From NCBI GenBank assembly GCA_050084515.1, contig CM114271.1:33170001-33234000 (forward strand): DNA of 64,000 nucleotides, given 5' to 3'. The stretch comes from Blasia pusilla (taxonomy: Eukaryota). This document shows, in pieces, positions 1 through 14,650 of this stretch; the first letter of the stretch is position 1; every line of letters starts with the position of its first letter. Made by a program: the position numbers and the translations under genes. The notes beneath the pieces are model-generated. The model made no database searches. It was not told where the DNA came from and saw nothing but the letters and a program-made list of their open reading frames with translations.

Positions 1-3000
1 GAAATTAGATGTCTGCACTTGTAAGTGATTGGAGGTGTTCGTAATGCGTTGAGTTGGAGAGATTACTGTACCCTTCAACATGTCAGTCCAATTTTAGGTT
101 CAGATTGAAGTCGGCAGATGGATGCGTTCTGTCATGTTTATTTTCAGGTGTTAAGGCTTTCAACTAAAGCAGCTTCTCTTTGCTTTGAGATCTTGCTGCA
201 GAGAAGACTGGAGCATAGGACCGTCTTTTAAAAGTATGAGAATCATATGCGCCTGACAAAGGGATACAAAATTTGGCCGTTTGCATAGATGAGTCGATTA
301 CGAGCAAGGCTCTGTGGTTCTCTGCTTGGCTAAGTGAGAGAATCGATCCGTAGGATGGACGTGCGCTTGCCATCTTGTGGGTTGGACTTTCAACTCACAG
401 TACCAAATTCTCGTTTGAATCTCCAAGTCCGATGTCAAGATCTCCAGCCTGCAAACCAAAGACTTGGCAAATGATTGTTGTTCTACATTCACAAGGTTCC
501 TTGTGAGACAGTATGTGTGTCCCGTGGCAGGAGCTCTTCACCGATGCTTCATCGAGTGATGCGAATCGTTGCACGCGTTTTGCGTACATCTGAGTAGTGT
601 GTCAAATTTGAGGGACCAGTTGCCGTGTCCGGCATAGGTTGTTGATTCACTGCCCAGAATCGGGCGAGGATGAATGGAACAACTTTCCTCGAGAACTGTT
701 CCACGTTCTAGGCAGCCACTTCATACCGGATATCACAAGAATAATATCATGAGGGGGTAGCTATGACTACTCCAAGGCAAGTCTTTTGCTCCCAAGGGCA
801 ATAAGAAATGGTGGTCGGAGATGAACGAAAGGTGCTAGAGGAGGAACTGTTCAGCGTCTCTGCATAATTTAAGTGGTGATGAAAGTAGTCACACATTGGC
901 AAAAAGTTGCTTGTGTTTGCAGATTGGCAGACAATTGCTTATGTCTGTACACTGACTAATGCTTCTGTTCGTATCCTAAACGAAAGATCGAGGAAGGTGC
1001 CGAGAAGGGAGTTTCGAGCTAGCAGAGCTTTGATATGTGCTCTATGGAAGAAGAGGGCAGTGGCAATTCGTGTAACGAGACATTGCTGAGATCAAACCAG
1101 GTGACCAGTGTCCCACAATAGTAATCTTGCAGAATCAAGACATGCCTCATGTAACATCAACAGGAGAACCAAAAGACGAATATTCATGGTCATAATGTCA
1201 TGGTTCCCTCACGTTTTATGCATATCCCTGCACAGATTAGGGTTTTACATTCGTCAACACTCGTGAGAAAGTTCCATTCCTTCTGCGGAATTTTTGTTCA
1301 CCTCGAGAATCAAACTGATCTTCGTACCATTTTCGTAGCATTCAATTAACCTCCGAACAGCCAGATCCGTAAAGGTAAGACTTCAGCTTAAGAAAGACGG
1401 GTAGTAGTTGAGCAAGAGAGACTAGGCTAGGCTTCATCAACAAATCCTGAGACCATGCACAACGAAAGTCTTTCCCAGTGGATTGAAGGAGGTGGTGGAA
1501 ACGTATAGTTGAGGCAGTTAATGGTTCTCAAGATTGCAACCATTGGAGTCTTTCCTCTCAGTAGACGCCAGACAGCTTTGATGGGTGGGATAACCGCGTT
1601 GAGGGTGTCATCTTGGTTTCCACAGCAGAGACTTCCGAAATCCAGCGTCAGCTTTGAATTTACACGCTTCTCAAGTCAACGACCTATAAAATCCACCGCA
1701 ATCCGTCCTTTTCCGTCCGGAAAGACACCTCCTCGCCATCCTTGTCTGCAACGTCTCTGATCTTTCTTTCGATGAAAAGAACATTTTCCTAGCATATGTT
1801 TCGTGGATACCCGGTTGAACGGCCTGGAAAGCGGAAAGTTTATAGGTATTACCACCGAGGAAGGGTCTCGTGGACGAGAGCTAGTACACAAAGAAGAGAC
1901 ATGCCATCTGAAGTGTATACTCCTCCATATGAGAAAAAAATATGGAAAGTAGGGAAGGAAGTGCTCCATAGCAAACACACGCAAAGAAGAGAATGCAGCT
2001 CCCTATGAAATTCCTGCTGTCGATTTTAGATGAGCGGAGGTTTCCCTCTTTGACCACACGCCGAGTGGCGCTAGCTTTCCAAGGATAGAAACCATCGAGT
2101 CTTTCAGTGTTGAACAGACGTTGTTCTCTTAATGTCTGCGGTTGAAGAGGGGACTGACATAGATATGTCAACTTTTATGAAGCATGACTCGTTTTACTTC
2201 ACGATTCAAACAATTTGATTTAAAATTAGTATGTTCAATTCCTATACGGAGCTTGCTTAGCCGTGTCGCATTTTGATGCAGCAGAGAAACAGCTATCGGC
2301 ATTCCTACCCAATCCCATATTGACCTCGGTCGTGTAGATGAAAGGAAAAGAGGAAAGAATTTTGGGCAAACTTGGTATATGCCAGTAAAATTGTTTTTTC
2401 AGTTGCCCAAAGTTATTTAAAATCTCAAACCATGTGCATGATTGGATCCAACCGGCAAGCTCCTTCTGTACCTGGTTGGAACCCGAGATTAGAGTCCTGA
2501 CAATCTGTTTCAGTAGATTTAGACTCTGAAATCTTAGGAGCAAAGCGATCAGACCACGGACGAAAAGAAGAGGAAAACCTTCCGTAGCACTTGTGATCAA
2601 CTGAGAGCTTGAATTTTCTCGATCATGTTCAGCGGAAAGGAACTCAACTTTTTCACTCGATCGGCAAGTGTGCGTCATGTCAGTGCGAGCGCCAGGAGCC
2701 GTAGAAAGAAAAAGCATGACTTCAGTTTATCGATCCGCTTCTCGGTTGTCTACACTCATCTACAGCCTTCCAGCTTTAGAGCTTCAAATAGTCGCAAGAA
2801 TCGGAAGATCTTGATCCTCATCAGTGCAAGGGATTGAGCGGATCCTGATCGGTCTAGGGGACCGAGCGATCGCGCGCAAGACATCGAACCTCGAGTTGCA
2901 AACGGTGACAAGTACAATCCAATTTCAACACGGTTACTCCAGTCAATCGGATCTACAGCACGAGTCTGCTGATAGTGGGAAATAAACCTCGTAAGCAAGT

Positions 3001-6000
3001 AGAATCTTCGGTCAAGCGCAATCGAACACCGATCATCCTCAAAGCAAACCTCGACCGACAGATCGTTCCATTCCTGCGGAATGGCGCAGGAAAGGAACCG
3101 CAATCCTGGACAACACGGAAACAGTCCATACAGTGAACCACGAAGGCTAACTAGTACGCCCCATAACCACCGAGAATTCGACCGAATGCTGCATTACAAC
3201 CATCCCCACAACTAATCTCAACCAACAGATCGTTCCTTTCCGGAGCAAAACTCTTTCAACCGGTCAACCGTGAAACAAGCCTAATAATAAATCCGCCTCC
3301 ATGAACACCAGGGAGTCGACCGTCTCCGACATCACAAGAGTCCCCTTCCATCGTGCCACAGCCCACATGATGGGTTGATCTCACGGCACTTTCCTCTCTT
3401 TCTAAGAAGTCCCCACGATGTTCCCTGCTCTCAGAGATCTCATGTATCTCAAGGCCTCTCCCACAAATCCGCGCTTTTGAAACATCACTAGACGGTGTGC
3501 ACGGGTGAAAAACATCAAGTCATGTTAATTTAATCGTGCCATAAAGGAAGAGGCTAAAATGTATACCTGTCATCACGAGAGAAACCCGTCCTCATATAAA
3601 TTCCATAACTTGATATATCCGTAAAAATGTAAAATTTCGAGAAACAAAAGTGGATGATTTTCTTATGATTTTTTTGCAGATCGCATATTTTGGGTTGAAT
3701 ATTTCTTTCTAACAAGAAAAGTTTTGCCAGTACCGTGTGAAGCCCTTTCAACACACGTAACAATTTGGACTTTAATATGCATTGAATGGAGCATTAATTT
3801 TAAATCGAGGACCCTACAAATTAGCAGAAAGTATTCCCATTTCACCGAATCACTTTGGTGACACTATGGAGACCTTTGTCTTCCCACAAATCTACCTCTT
3901 AGTGACATGTGTCCTATTTCCCACCCTATTGCGGCCCTCTGCCCTCCCACTTTGTTAATAAACCACTTCTAGGGTTTTTTCAACTCTTCATCAACTAGAT
4001 TATTCTCGTGTCTTCCACACGTGTTTATTAATTTCTGTCTCTCATCCCTCTCTAAGGGTCCCGGGGCCACACATTGGTTACGTTCAAGCGTGTGGATTCT
4101 TATAATGATTAGTGTTGCGAAACTTTAAGATGTACCCGAAGTAATTTGAGATGCCATGTTGCATGCAACTTTGAAATATAAGGAAAATGGAAAAAAAATT
4201 GCCATAAAAATTGAAAAAAAATGCAAATATCATGCCCAAATATTTTTGGATAGAAGCTTGACATGAAATATTTTTGCAACGAGATGGTGATAGGAAATTT
4301 CACTGAAAACTACACATAAAATTTTTTGGGAGGAATGTTTCCAAAAATGAGAAAAAGAAAATGAGAAAAAAATTACCAACTATTGGAAATAAGCATGAAA
4401 AATCCAACATAAAAATAAAAATAAATCTTATAGATTCTTAAAAAATTAAATTTTGGGATTTTTTGAGGGAAAATAAATACAAAATTTATTTACTATTTTG
4501 GTAATTAGCCTTTTTAAAAAAAAAGGATCTCATTTTTGACACAAGGTAAGAAGGACTTAAAGATGGCTTCTTTGGATGAGCCCAATCATAATTAGATGTT
4601 TCTTAATTTGTGTTCATTTCAACAATGTGGCAAGCATGAAAAAAGAAGAAAAGAAAAAGTGCAAGTGATAAATCTATATTATTATTGGAGAGTGCCCCTT
4701 CATTTTCCAAACGCCTCTCCTATTGACACTTGGACATTTTAGCCAAGAGATCGGTCACCCTCTCAACCAATAGGATTTCTTCAAATTGAATAAAGATATT
4801 AAATCATTTAATTACATAATAAGGAAAGCTAATTCAAAATTACCTATCATTTTTAATATAGTGCACCAACTGGTTGTCTATGAGGAATGGCTTCCTTATG
4901 AGTGTTTTTTTCTAGGATTTCATTTTCAATGGGAGAGGGGAGGAGACTTGAGGAATGAATTTCCAATAGGAGATGGGAAGAGAGAAGGGTATAAATTTTC
5001 TAACAAGAAGGGTTCCACCATAAAAAAATTAAATGTTTAATTTTAAGTAGGCGAGGAGAAGAAAGAAATCACATCCTTTTAACAAGGAGGGATTTCATAA
5101 AGAAATCTTGTAGTGTGTAAAATTTCCAGTAGGTTGTGGGAGGTGAGATAAGAGAGTAGGAATACGTTGGATAGGAGGAATGGACCAACCTTCCACCGAC
5201 CCTCTCAATCTCTCTATGGAGGGACTGAAAAGAGAGAGGGGGAGAGTTCATCTCTATTATCCCATATCTATTTCTATCCTTTGCGAAGGGATGGAGATAA
5301 AAAAAAAAGGGGAGTGATGGAGGGGAACTCTATCTCCATCTCTCATCTAGATGAGGATGGAGACGTGAAGGATATGGACTTGAAGGGAGTCGTCCCTCTC
5401 TACATAGGGAGATAAAGGATACCTCCAACCTAATCAATGATACATGTGCAATATCATTAGTGTTCTGTTATAGAAGGGAAAAATGGATCAAACTTTCATT
5501 TTTCATGCACCATTTATTCCATTTGTATCCATTATATCTTGGTTTACGTATGAGATAATTGGAAAAATTGGAAAAATTAAAAATTGGGGTGTATCGGAAA
5601 TTTTGGAATAAAATAAAGGTATTTTGGAAGATTGGCTCAAAGAAGAAGAAGGGAAAAGACAAGGGAATATTAGATTAAGGGCAGTCCAATAAAGATGTTT
5701 CCTTTTAGAATGAGTAATTACTTCTCCCAAAATGAGGATGGAGGGATTTCATAGGAGAAGATTTAGGGTCTTGGAAGATACGGGCATGGTTTTTATTTTT
5801 TTTCGAAAGAAGAGAAGTGATTTTTTTGGGGGATTAATTTTCCCTCCCTAAGGAAGAGGAGGCGGGGCTTGGATGAGGGAAGGGGGGATTTCCATTGTTT
5901 TCCAAAGAAGGAATGAAAAAGAAAAGGGAAGGTTATAGTAAGGGGAGTCACAATGAGAAGTTTCTTTTCAAGACCACAAATAAGGAAATTTTCTTTTATT

Positions 6001-6839
6001 TCCCCCAAAATAACAGAAAATGGGGGATTTAAAATTAGGAGGGTGCTTATGGTCTAGGGTTTTGAAAGAAAAGAAAAAATTAGGTCTAAGATGAGGAGAG
6101 TGATACTAGACTTGTGGGAGGGGTTTGATTTCAAAAGTAGAGCAGTAATTTTTTGGTATTGATATATTTCTTTTTTGAGGAGGTGGGGATTGGACGATGG
6201 AAGTGTAATCTCATTTTTCCCCCAATGATGAATGGAAAAATAGGGTGGGATTTTTTTCTAGATTCTTCTTGTTAATTTGATCACATTTCTGCAGAATTTC
6301 ATCATAATCTATTAGTTTGCATAGCTGTGTGATGCACAAGTAATAAGAGCCCTTCTCAAGTAGTTTCGAATAAAGCCACAAGCTTCTTTTGTGACCTCAT
6401 TCTCTCCACCTTCTTAAATCTCTCTACACCACCATTTTGAAAGAAAAGTGTTTCCTTATTATTTTAATCGGCATATCCCTTGATCATCTGTGGGAAAGAA
6501 TAATTATGGATGGTGTGAATGCGAATTAGCGATTTCATAGCGAATGAATCCTTGGGCATAAAGAAGGTAAAAAACCATGGAAAAATTCATGGGAACATAT
6601 AAAACCTTGATTCTTGAGAGATTCCACCCTTTAAAGGTCTAAAATATTAAGAAAAAAATATCTTCCAAGACTTGGGATGCCGAACGAGGAAAACAAAAGA
6701 AAAGATCACTCACTTAAAGCAAACCAACATCATATAAAAACCACTTAACATGCCCCAAAGAAAAGAGACGATGACGCTTTGGTTGTCATGGACTTCCTGC
6801 GAAGTGAAATGTCCCTCTCTCCTAAAATCAGGCCTTTAA

Positions 6840-7074
6840 GGGCCGGGTCCCATGGACCTCCGTAGAGGTCGCGGCGACCTCATTTCCGCGACCAACTTGT
6901 ATTTCCGTAGGACAAGCCAAGAAAACACGCAGGAGTTTAGCAAAAAGCGTTAGATATAAAGTGAGAAGCGTTGCCAAGACGCTGGACAATTCCTGCGCCC
7001 AAAAGATATGGGTGCAAAAAAAAAGTGGCGACCCCTTAAGGTCGCCGCGACGTCCCGCCCATGGGACCCGACCC
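6840..7074. mobile_element. Tourist/PIF-Harbinger-like MITE
   Basis: Terminal inverted repeats GGGCCGGGTCCCATGG / CCATGGGACCCGACCC, plus a subterminal inverted GTCGCGGCGACCT. Flanked by TAA and TTA (TWA target). Confidence 0.65.
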
Positions 7075-9076
7075 TTAGTGATGTGTCGGTTCAACATATG
7101 AATCAACATAGAACTCTTATCCCTCTAGAGCATTGAGCCCCTTAAAATCGGACAAGTGGCAGTGCATGACTATTGTTTCATCGCTCATTTCCGCCGTCTG
7201 TCAACCCTTAAACGCGATCCGTTACGTGCTCTTGTGTGTTCAAGTTCTTTTTCCTTTTGGAGTCTCTTTTAATAATAATAATAATATTATTATTATTATT
7301 AATTCTTTGGGGATAGAACGTAGTAGTGAGTTCTAGGTTAGTTAAAATCAATTGATGATACTTGCTTTAAGAATTTTTTCGGTTTTCCTTCTTATAACAT
7401 TTTTTTTCAATAGTATTTTTATTTTTATATTTCATTGGAGGAGTTCCATCTGCACTTTTTCATTTAAAAATAAGACAAAAGAGTTTTGTCCTCAATATCA
7501 TAATTGTTTGATAGGTAAAGTTCTATCATGTAGACAATGTGAGAAGTCAACGAGTTGTTCGGGCATAATTTTTGTCATGAGTGGTCAGATGAGGTTGGCG
7601 ATTGTTCACTTAAATCACGATTCTTGTTTATGATAAATTGGCAATCCTTATGTTTTGCTAATTTGGGTCAGATGACATGTTGACCGAGTCGAAGATCACT
7701 TGGTAACTTGTGTGCATAAACTTTTTTTTTTCGGGTATTTTTGTTCTCTTTCTAAGCGTAGAAAAGATGCGGAGAACGCTCTCACTAGCTATCCTTCTCA
7801 TGTTGAGCATTTTGACTATTCATCGTTTTAGGATTTTGATAAGAACTTGAGTGTTGGAGTCTAGAATCTGGATTCCCTTATGGCTGCATATGGATGTGGC
7901 TTGTTGATTATTTGTAGATTCGATATTGGAGTCTTACTATGGTTTGGTTGTGTGGTCTTGATAAACATGTGTGCGTGTATTTTTGCATATGTATGGATAT
8001 ACCCACATGTTGGGAAAGTTGATAGTGTTTGTCTTGTGGATATAAACATTGATACATTGTGTAACGATGTATGTGCGCATGACAAATACAATGCTGAGCC
8101 TCCTTCAAGAATCTACCTTTATGTAGGTGTTTCACTCATAAAAGACGTAAAGCAAGAGACTGAAGAGAAATTATTGAGATCGAGCTCGGCCGCCATAATC
8201 CCTCTTCATTCTCCTTTCCATCTTGAGGTGGAGGTGTGAAAATCACTTTGATGCAACTGAGATGAATTCTTCTTTGGGAGTTGCAAAGAGATGAAAACAA
8301 GTCAAATGTGCTCCCAAAGAAGAATTCATTTCTTTCATGCATGGCTCAAATTTTCACATTCCACGTTTACAATATGATCACTTGGTATTTTGGATGCGAC
8401 TTTATGGAAGTGGAATGTCTCACTTGGCCATTCTTTTTTTCGTAAACGCAAAGTGAGAATGCATGTCTCTCTTTTCTATAATTGATCAAGGGGGACAAGA
8501 GTAGATAAGGATATGTGGCATGAGGTGGTGAGTTTATCATAAGAAAGAGTATTATATATGGTGTATGCAAACAAATTTTGAAATCATAGTAAGGGAGAGA
8601 AATCATAAATTTTTTTTGGCAAGATCACACATATGGCATAGTGAACATGGATTCTTGCACAAGGGCTAATTTAAAGCTCCTTTTTTTTTTTTTAAAAATA
8701 GTGTACCTAACTAAGACACAATACATGAAAGAATGTAACCATTGCTGGCACGTCCATACTCAACATGCTTGTATGTATGTATGCATGGAAAAATCTATTT
8801 TATTAACAAAAGGCACCTCCTCATGAGCTCATTGAATGACATTAGTCATGATCTCAAAATAAATACTCAAGAATAAAATTATTTTATGTTGTTACAAGAA
8901 AATTCATGCATATTAATAAGAAATATAAGTCGTTAGGAGAAGATTTAAAAAGAAAGAACAGAGGATTTGTCTTCTTTAAAAATAAGAAGATTTAGGGATT
9001 TAGTATAGAGGATAGTGAAGATTTTTGTTTCTTTTTCCAACACAAGAAAGGGGAGCGTGGAAGGGAAAGATTTGGG

Positions 9077-9667
9077 CATGGTTGCACGGAAATAGCCATG
9101 CCCAACTTACCCCTTGACCGGGTTTTCAATACCCCAGTGGCTTACTCGAACTTGGGAAGTGGGAACCGGTGCAGGCTTGGATGAAGGGAGGCAAGCAAGG
9201 ATCGAATGGATGTGCGGGCTATGAGCTCTTGCTTGCCCCGCATCAAGCCCACACGTGACCCACCATAAGCCCGCATTGGCCAGAAGCTAGGCCTCCATAA
9301 GGCCCGCACTAGGCAAGCTCAGGGCCCGATGCTAGCCCGCGTAAGTTTCTTGGGCATTTAGGGTAATAGGGTCCTTGAGCTTGCCTATTGTAGGCCGTGT
9401 GGGCCTGCCGCGGGCCCTATGAAAGACGATGCAACCCCTACAGACAAGGTGCAGGCTCAGTGCGGGCTACAAAATGGGTTGCAAGAATGGCGACGGGTTG
9501 CTCGACTGGGTCAAGCCCAAGTCTACGTTATGGTCAGGGCCGACTCACGTGTGGGCCATGAGAACCCGTGCGTGTATAGACATGTCCGTCCTAGGCTGTA
9601 CATAAATTTGCGGGCATGGACATGTCCACGGTGGCATGAACATGGACTTTGTCCGTGTGCAACCTTG
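9077..9667. mobile_element. hAT-like non-autonomous element (MITE)
   Basis: Ends CATGGTTGCACGGA ... TCCGTGTGCAACCTTG. The 8-bp flanks GATTTGGG / GTTTTGGA match at 6/8 (degenerate TSD). GC-rich interior with many GCCC/GGGC motifs. A relative lies at 17310. Confidence 0.65.
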
Positions 9668-10057
9668 GTTTTGGAGAAATTTTTGGGTAAAATTAAAAAA
9701 TATTTACACATTAGAGATTAAGAAAGGGACTAAAGATGGAAAACTAATTTTTTTAGGATGAAATCAAGAAGGTGAATGGGTGAAAGTTTATTTTTTTCTA
9801 CAATTAGGGGTGAAAGATTGAAAGTTATTTATTGATTGAAATGAATAGATGAGAATGGGATAATCAAATGAGGTGGTGCTTTTTCTTAAAACACCTGTAC
9901 TAATAACAAAGGAGCGGCTTCCTTGGTGATACCTCTATGGTTGATGCATGGCTTTAGCCATACCCTCCCTTTATGGCGTGTGTCTCTAAAAACTACTTTT
10001 GCAACTCCTTTAGGATAAAAAAAATTGAAAGTAAAAGAAGGGTGCCTATACATAAGA

Positions 10058-10388
10058 GGCCCCATAAGTGTTGTGCCCATAGTAGGGCGTCCCAGAATTT
10101 GCCCATAAGGTCGGACGATCGATTCCAGAGGTGTTTTTCAGCCAAATTCTGTTTGCAGCGTGGGGTGCCGAAGGAGGTGGATAAGCATCGAGCTACGTCC
10201 TGTCCTCCGCTCGTGCCCTGAATCGCTATGCCCCACGGCTTATTTGAGAGTCGCATGCACGACCTCTGAGACCTTGTAAAGGCATTTTCCCAAGATGCAA
10301 AAAGAGGCCGTCCAGGCTGTATAGGCAATGGGTGGAGGACGTTGTGTGCTTATGAGACGCCTTACTATGCACTTGCACTTATGGGCAA
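10058..10388. repeat. Imperfect inverted-repeat element (possible MITE)
   Basis: CCCATAAGTG...CATAGTAGGGCGTC (10061-10091) is inversely matched by GACGCCTTACTATG...CACTTATGGG (about 10356-10385). No clear TSD. Confidence 0.35.
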
Positions 10389-10475
10389 CTTTTACCATTT
10401 AGATAAAGAAAGAAGGTTGAAATGTTTCAAAAGCATGCATCCGAATGGCAAACCAACTAGTAACATAAAAGTCCA

Positions 10476-10685
10476 CTAGTTAGGACCCGTGAGGGGACTG
10501 TGCATCGCATGGTCCACTCCATGATCCATAACCCTGAACGCCCCGTTACTTGAATGCCCTGCACGCCCTGTTACTCGAATACCCCCCTACCCATGCACGA
10601 TTTAAAAGACACACTATGAATGAATTCTAGTTGTAGTCATTTGAAAACCGCTCCTATGTAGCCATTTGAAAACCGCTCCTAAAAG
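10476..10685 (-). mobile_element. Non-autonomous Helitron copy (5' end degenerate)
   Basis: Reverse complement of the element at 53769-53952. The 3' end reads ...CACGGGTCCTAACTAG|T. TTTGAAAACCGCTCCT is duplicated internally. Confidence 0.65.
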
Positions 10686-13349
10686 TACAAATTCGAACAT
10701 ATTCCAATTTCCATGTTTAAATGATGCATGAGTAGATTAAGTGGGCCCAAATACGAAACCGGTAAATTACGGGAGCAAAACGAGAATATCGTGGATTCGA
10801 AGTATGATAGTAGTAGGTACTAACTGGAATTCGTTCTCGTATTAATTACAACATCTCTTACGATGAGCTCGAGCTCTCCTTTCCGGTGGGAACTATTTCG
10901 CAGTCCGGAGACGATCGAGACGGAGTACTCGAGCAACGGAGATCCACGGACGGGATTTCCATCCGATCTTCTACCGTCATAATCAGACACGTGGCGAGAA
11001 CGCGGATAGCCCAAACATCGGTTCGGGCCTACGAGAGGCCGACTTCTTTTATCCCCCATACAATACTTGTGACCGGTACGGCGATCGGAGGTTAAAGAGT
11101 ATGGGAGGACGGTCTAGCGAATATGTTGTGGTTGTTGCGGTTTCAGCTCTAGAGACTCCGGTCTAGTGTGTCTAACAATGAGGGAATAATAATATATTAT
11201 CCGTTCCACTATCATTGATTAAGTATAGTCTTATGATGGCCAACATTTTTGAACCTTTCGTATCCGGGAAAAGAAATCTGTGGTTGGTGGGGTTTTACCC
11301 AACTATGGTCTACTCTAATCACGAAGAAGTGATGATGTATTATTCACTTGAAGAATTTCAATTAGTTTCCGTGTAATCCGATTTTGGGTAATATGATCCG
11401 TACCACCAAACGGGAAAAAAGATTAAATAAAAAAGAGCGTTGGTAATTATTTAAGTAAAACTCGTCAAAGTTGAGTTGGGATAGACGTGAGAATAAGACT
11501 TGGGGACAAATGGGTTTAAACTTCCTTTTTAAAAGTGTACCTGCCACTCGGAGATTAGTTCCGAGTCGAGTTGAATTTATCCCCTTACCAAACGTACGAG
11601 AGCTTTGCATATTAACGGGAGTCTCTATACTAGTGGGAGAGGATTTTCTTAATTTTTTATGTTTCGTGTGGCTCTAGCGGCCCATTTTCGTGTGGAAAAA
11701 AAATGTCTTGGAATTATTGAGGAGGGGCGGTGCATCTAGGATGCACCATTGCTTACGGATTATGAGAGGTTGATTAAAATCATAAGAAGGTGTGCTAATA
11801 GGAAGCGCCCGCGAAAAACTCCAAACCAAAAGCAAATGACATGAAAACTGAACTCCGACCCTAACACTAAAACTTAGGAATTTTTTAAAGATCTAATGTT
11901 TTATTTTTCTCGGAATCTATTCTCTTCTATTGCAAAGTTCCCAATTGATAAATCTTTGAAAAAAACTTATGCGCATTTTTTAATGATTTTTTACCCTTTC
12001 TATAGCGAGACAATGAGTTTTTTTTTAATCTCCAAAATGTGTGCTTTTCCCATCGAACTATTACTAAGAATATGCTAAACTCTCAAACTTCTGCTCTAGC
12101 AGGTTAACCCGATGCCCTGTTATTAACCTCGTAAGGTAACCCGATGGTTCCTAAACCCCCTCGGTAACTCACGTAGTGGAGACCAGTTAGGGAGGCATTA
12201 AAGGTAAGCGAGACTAATATGCGGCCTAATAGGAAATGAACATCCATCCACCAACTCATTATTTCCTAGTATCTCAAACTAACTTTAACTTAACGCGCAG
12301 TAGCACTTAACCGGCGAGGTAGTGAGAATACCTACTCCGACGTGTGTCATGTCAATATTAATCCTCCGTTTCCAGCATGTGCACAACACATCAGACAAAA
12401 GGGGTTTACGGTGGGACCCTTGAGTGTCCACGTCAATACTAGAACGGGCTTTCAACGGAGAGGAACATGAGAATGCATAGCCCAATCACATATACTAGTC
12501 TTATCCCATGACATGGAAATAAATAAATAAAATAGAAAAGTTTTCCATTGAGAAAATGTATTTCCATGAAACAATCAGTTTCATGAGAAGAGAGTTGGGA
12601 GCTAGGCCACCACTTCTAACTATCCAAGTCGGGACATATGGTATGTATTTATATGAAAATTTTCATGTAAGTTCCCTAATTTTTCATGAGGATATTCTTG
12701 TTGACCGAGATCCTTATTTCAACAAATATTTTCAAAATATTACCCAAAGTCCTTCTTATGAAATAGAAAATGTCGAGAATTTGGTTTTGCAAGCAAGGAG
12801 TAAGAGGCGAACAAAATTACCTCATATGAACATTGAACATATGAATTATAGAGAGAAATATCATAGTTATAGCCTACTTAAAACTCCAACTTAGGATGGA
12901 TAATCATTTTCTCAAAAGATATTGGGACAAACCATTTAGTCCCATAAGTATTCAAACATTCATGGAAGTATTATACCTTGAGATACCTTGAGATGTATGC
13001 CTCTTATACCTTGTGTCTCAAGGTATAAGAGGCCTACTTATGAGAGGCCTACATCCTTGTAACCTTGAGGGAAATTTTAAGGTGTAACCTTATACCTTGA
13101 GATGCACCCCGTCCCTTCCTACCCTCTCCATGTCTTGTTAAGGCTCATTTGGATCCCATCTTCAAATATGAAGTCTCCTCTCTAATATTTGACCATGAAT
13201 TCATAGATTCAGTTAAGTTCAAATTTGTGAAGGAGAGCAACTTCCGATATTCTAGCACTATATATACACGATGTTCTTTCAACAAAGAGATGAGAGTAAA
13301 AAACATAACAAATACATGTAAATGTAGAATATGTGTATCAAGCCTAATC

Positions 13350-14650
13350 CACTCCTAACTCAAAATATTCCTTGCTCAATACACCAACATAACCTTGTTG
13401 CAATATACCACAAATCTAACTCATGGGGTCTAATATTTGACGATGGCCTCGAATGATCCTCCTTAAGGATATACTTGCCTTAAGCAAATCCATGGTAAAC
13501 TACGTGCACAAGTTACCACTCCAAAAATATGTCATTATTAACCTAGAGTACAATATGCATCCACCTTCAACTACCTCTACACCTAATCCTCTAATAAGAG
13601 AGGAAATACATAATAAACAAGAAAACACATTTGGCAAAGGTGTAGCTCTCTAATGCCACACTTCTTGAGCCTTATAGGCTCAAGTAAAACCACTTCATAT
13701 ATACATGATAGACAATAATTTTCCACCTAGTACAAAATCCAAAGATGACTTAAACATAGAGATCACCTCTAAGACATTACTTAGGTAATAATGAACTTCT
13801 AAAATGAGCACTATAAAGAACCCTTTGAAGCCTTGATGTAATCACATCTAAAATTATTGATTGAACCTTTTTTTGTGACTATCATGCGGGTGCCTTACGG
13901 ATCTCAATAACTACATGATTTTGGAAAACCCTCAAAAATTTTCCATTATCTAAAGATGTTGGTATATGAGAATATCATCATGGACTTTCTAACCTAATAT
14001 ATATCTTGAATCTATGTAATCTAGCTTTAAAGCCGATAATAGAGTCTTTTTAGTGGCTAACTTGTACTAATGGTATTGACCATTCATCCTAAAATGGAGT
14101 ATGCCCCATCTTGATGCAGCTAATGTTGTGGACAAGTTGATCTTGCTTGTGACCTAATGGGCTTATGGAGAGGTATCCTCTCACATCACAAGATGACATT
14201 GCTCAAGGGATGACTTGAACTTGCCATTTGAATTTTGTTATAAGGAGTTAGAAGATGAGTTGGCTTACAAGGACAAGGATGAGGACTACGACATGTTGGT
14301 CCAAGGGATCGAATATTGAGACCCACCTTGAAATAGGAGGACCTTAGTAGAGCAGTGTTAAAGTAACCCATCAATACAAACACATTGACATTAGTGGAAT
14401 CAATCTCCAACAACTTGTCGACGTAATGGTATATTAGATCACACATGATTGCAACCATAGTTGAAAACCACATCTCTTGGCCAACATAGGGGCCAATAAA
14501 TTCCCATAATATGGCAAAGAAAAGAGCATGAAAAGGGGGCCATTTGGTGGCTTGGAGATGAGTGTGGCCTCATATGACCATATCCTACAAAATCGAGCTC
14601 TAGTCGTAAACAACCATTGATTTATCCTTGTGATGCCCCTAATCTTTGAT
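13350..14650 (-). mobile_element. Highly decayed retroelement relic, possibly LINE RT region
   Basis: Only weak minus-strand fragments (LIMTYFWSG, YFKVG) resembling LINE post-RT motifs. CpG-depleted with many stops. Confidence 0.25.

Noticed and set aside
1-3500. CpG-retaining region with several short ORFs (e.g. 2235-2717 -), possibly part of a gene
   Set aside because: No recognisable domain and no consistent exon chain could be built on either strand.
7740-8460. Possible decayed transposase fragment
   Set aside because: Too degenerate to assign; no convincing catalytic motif.
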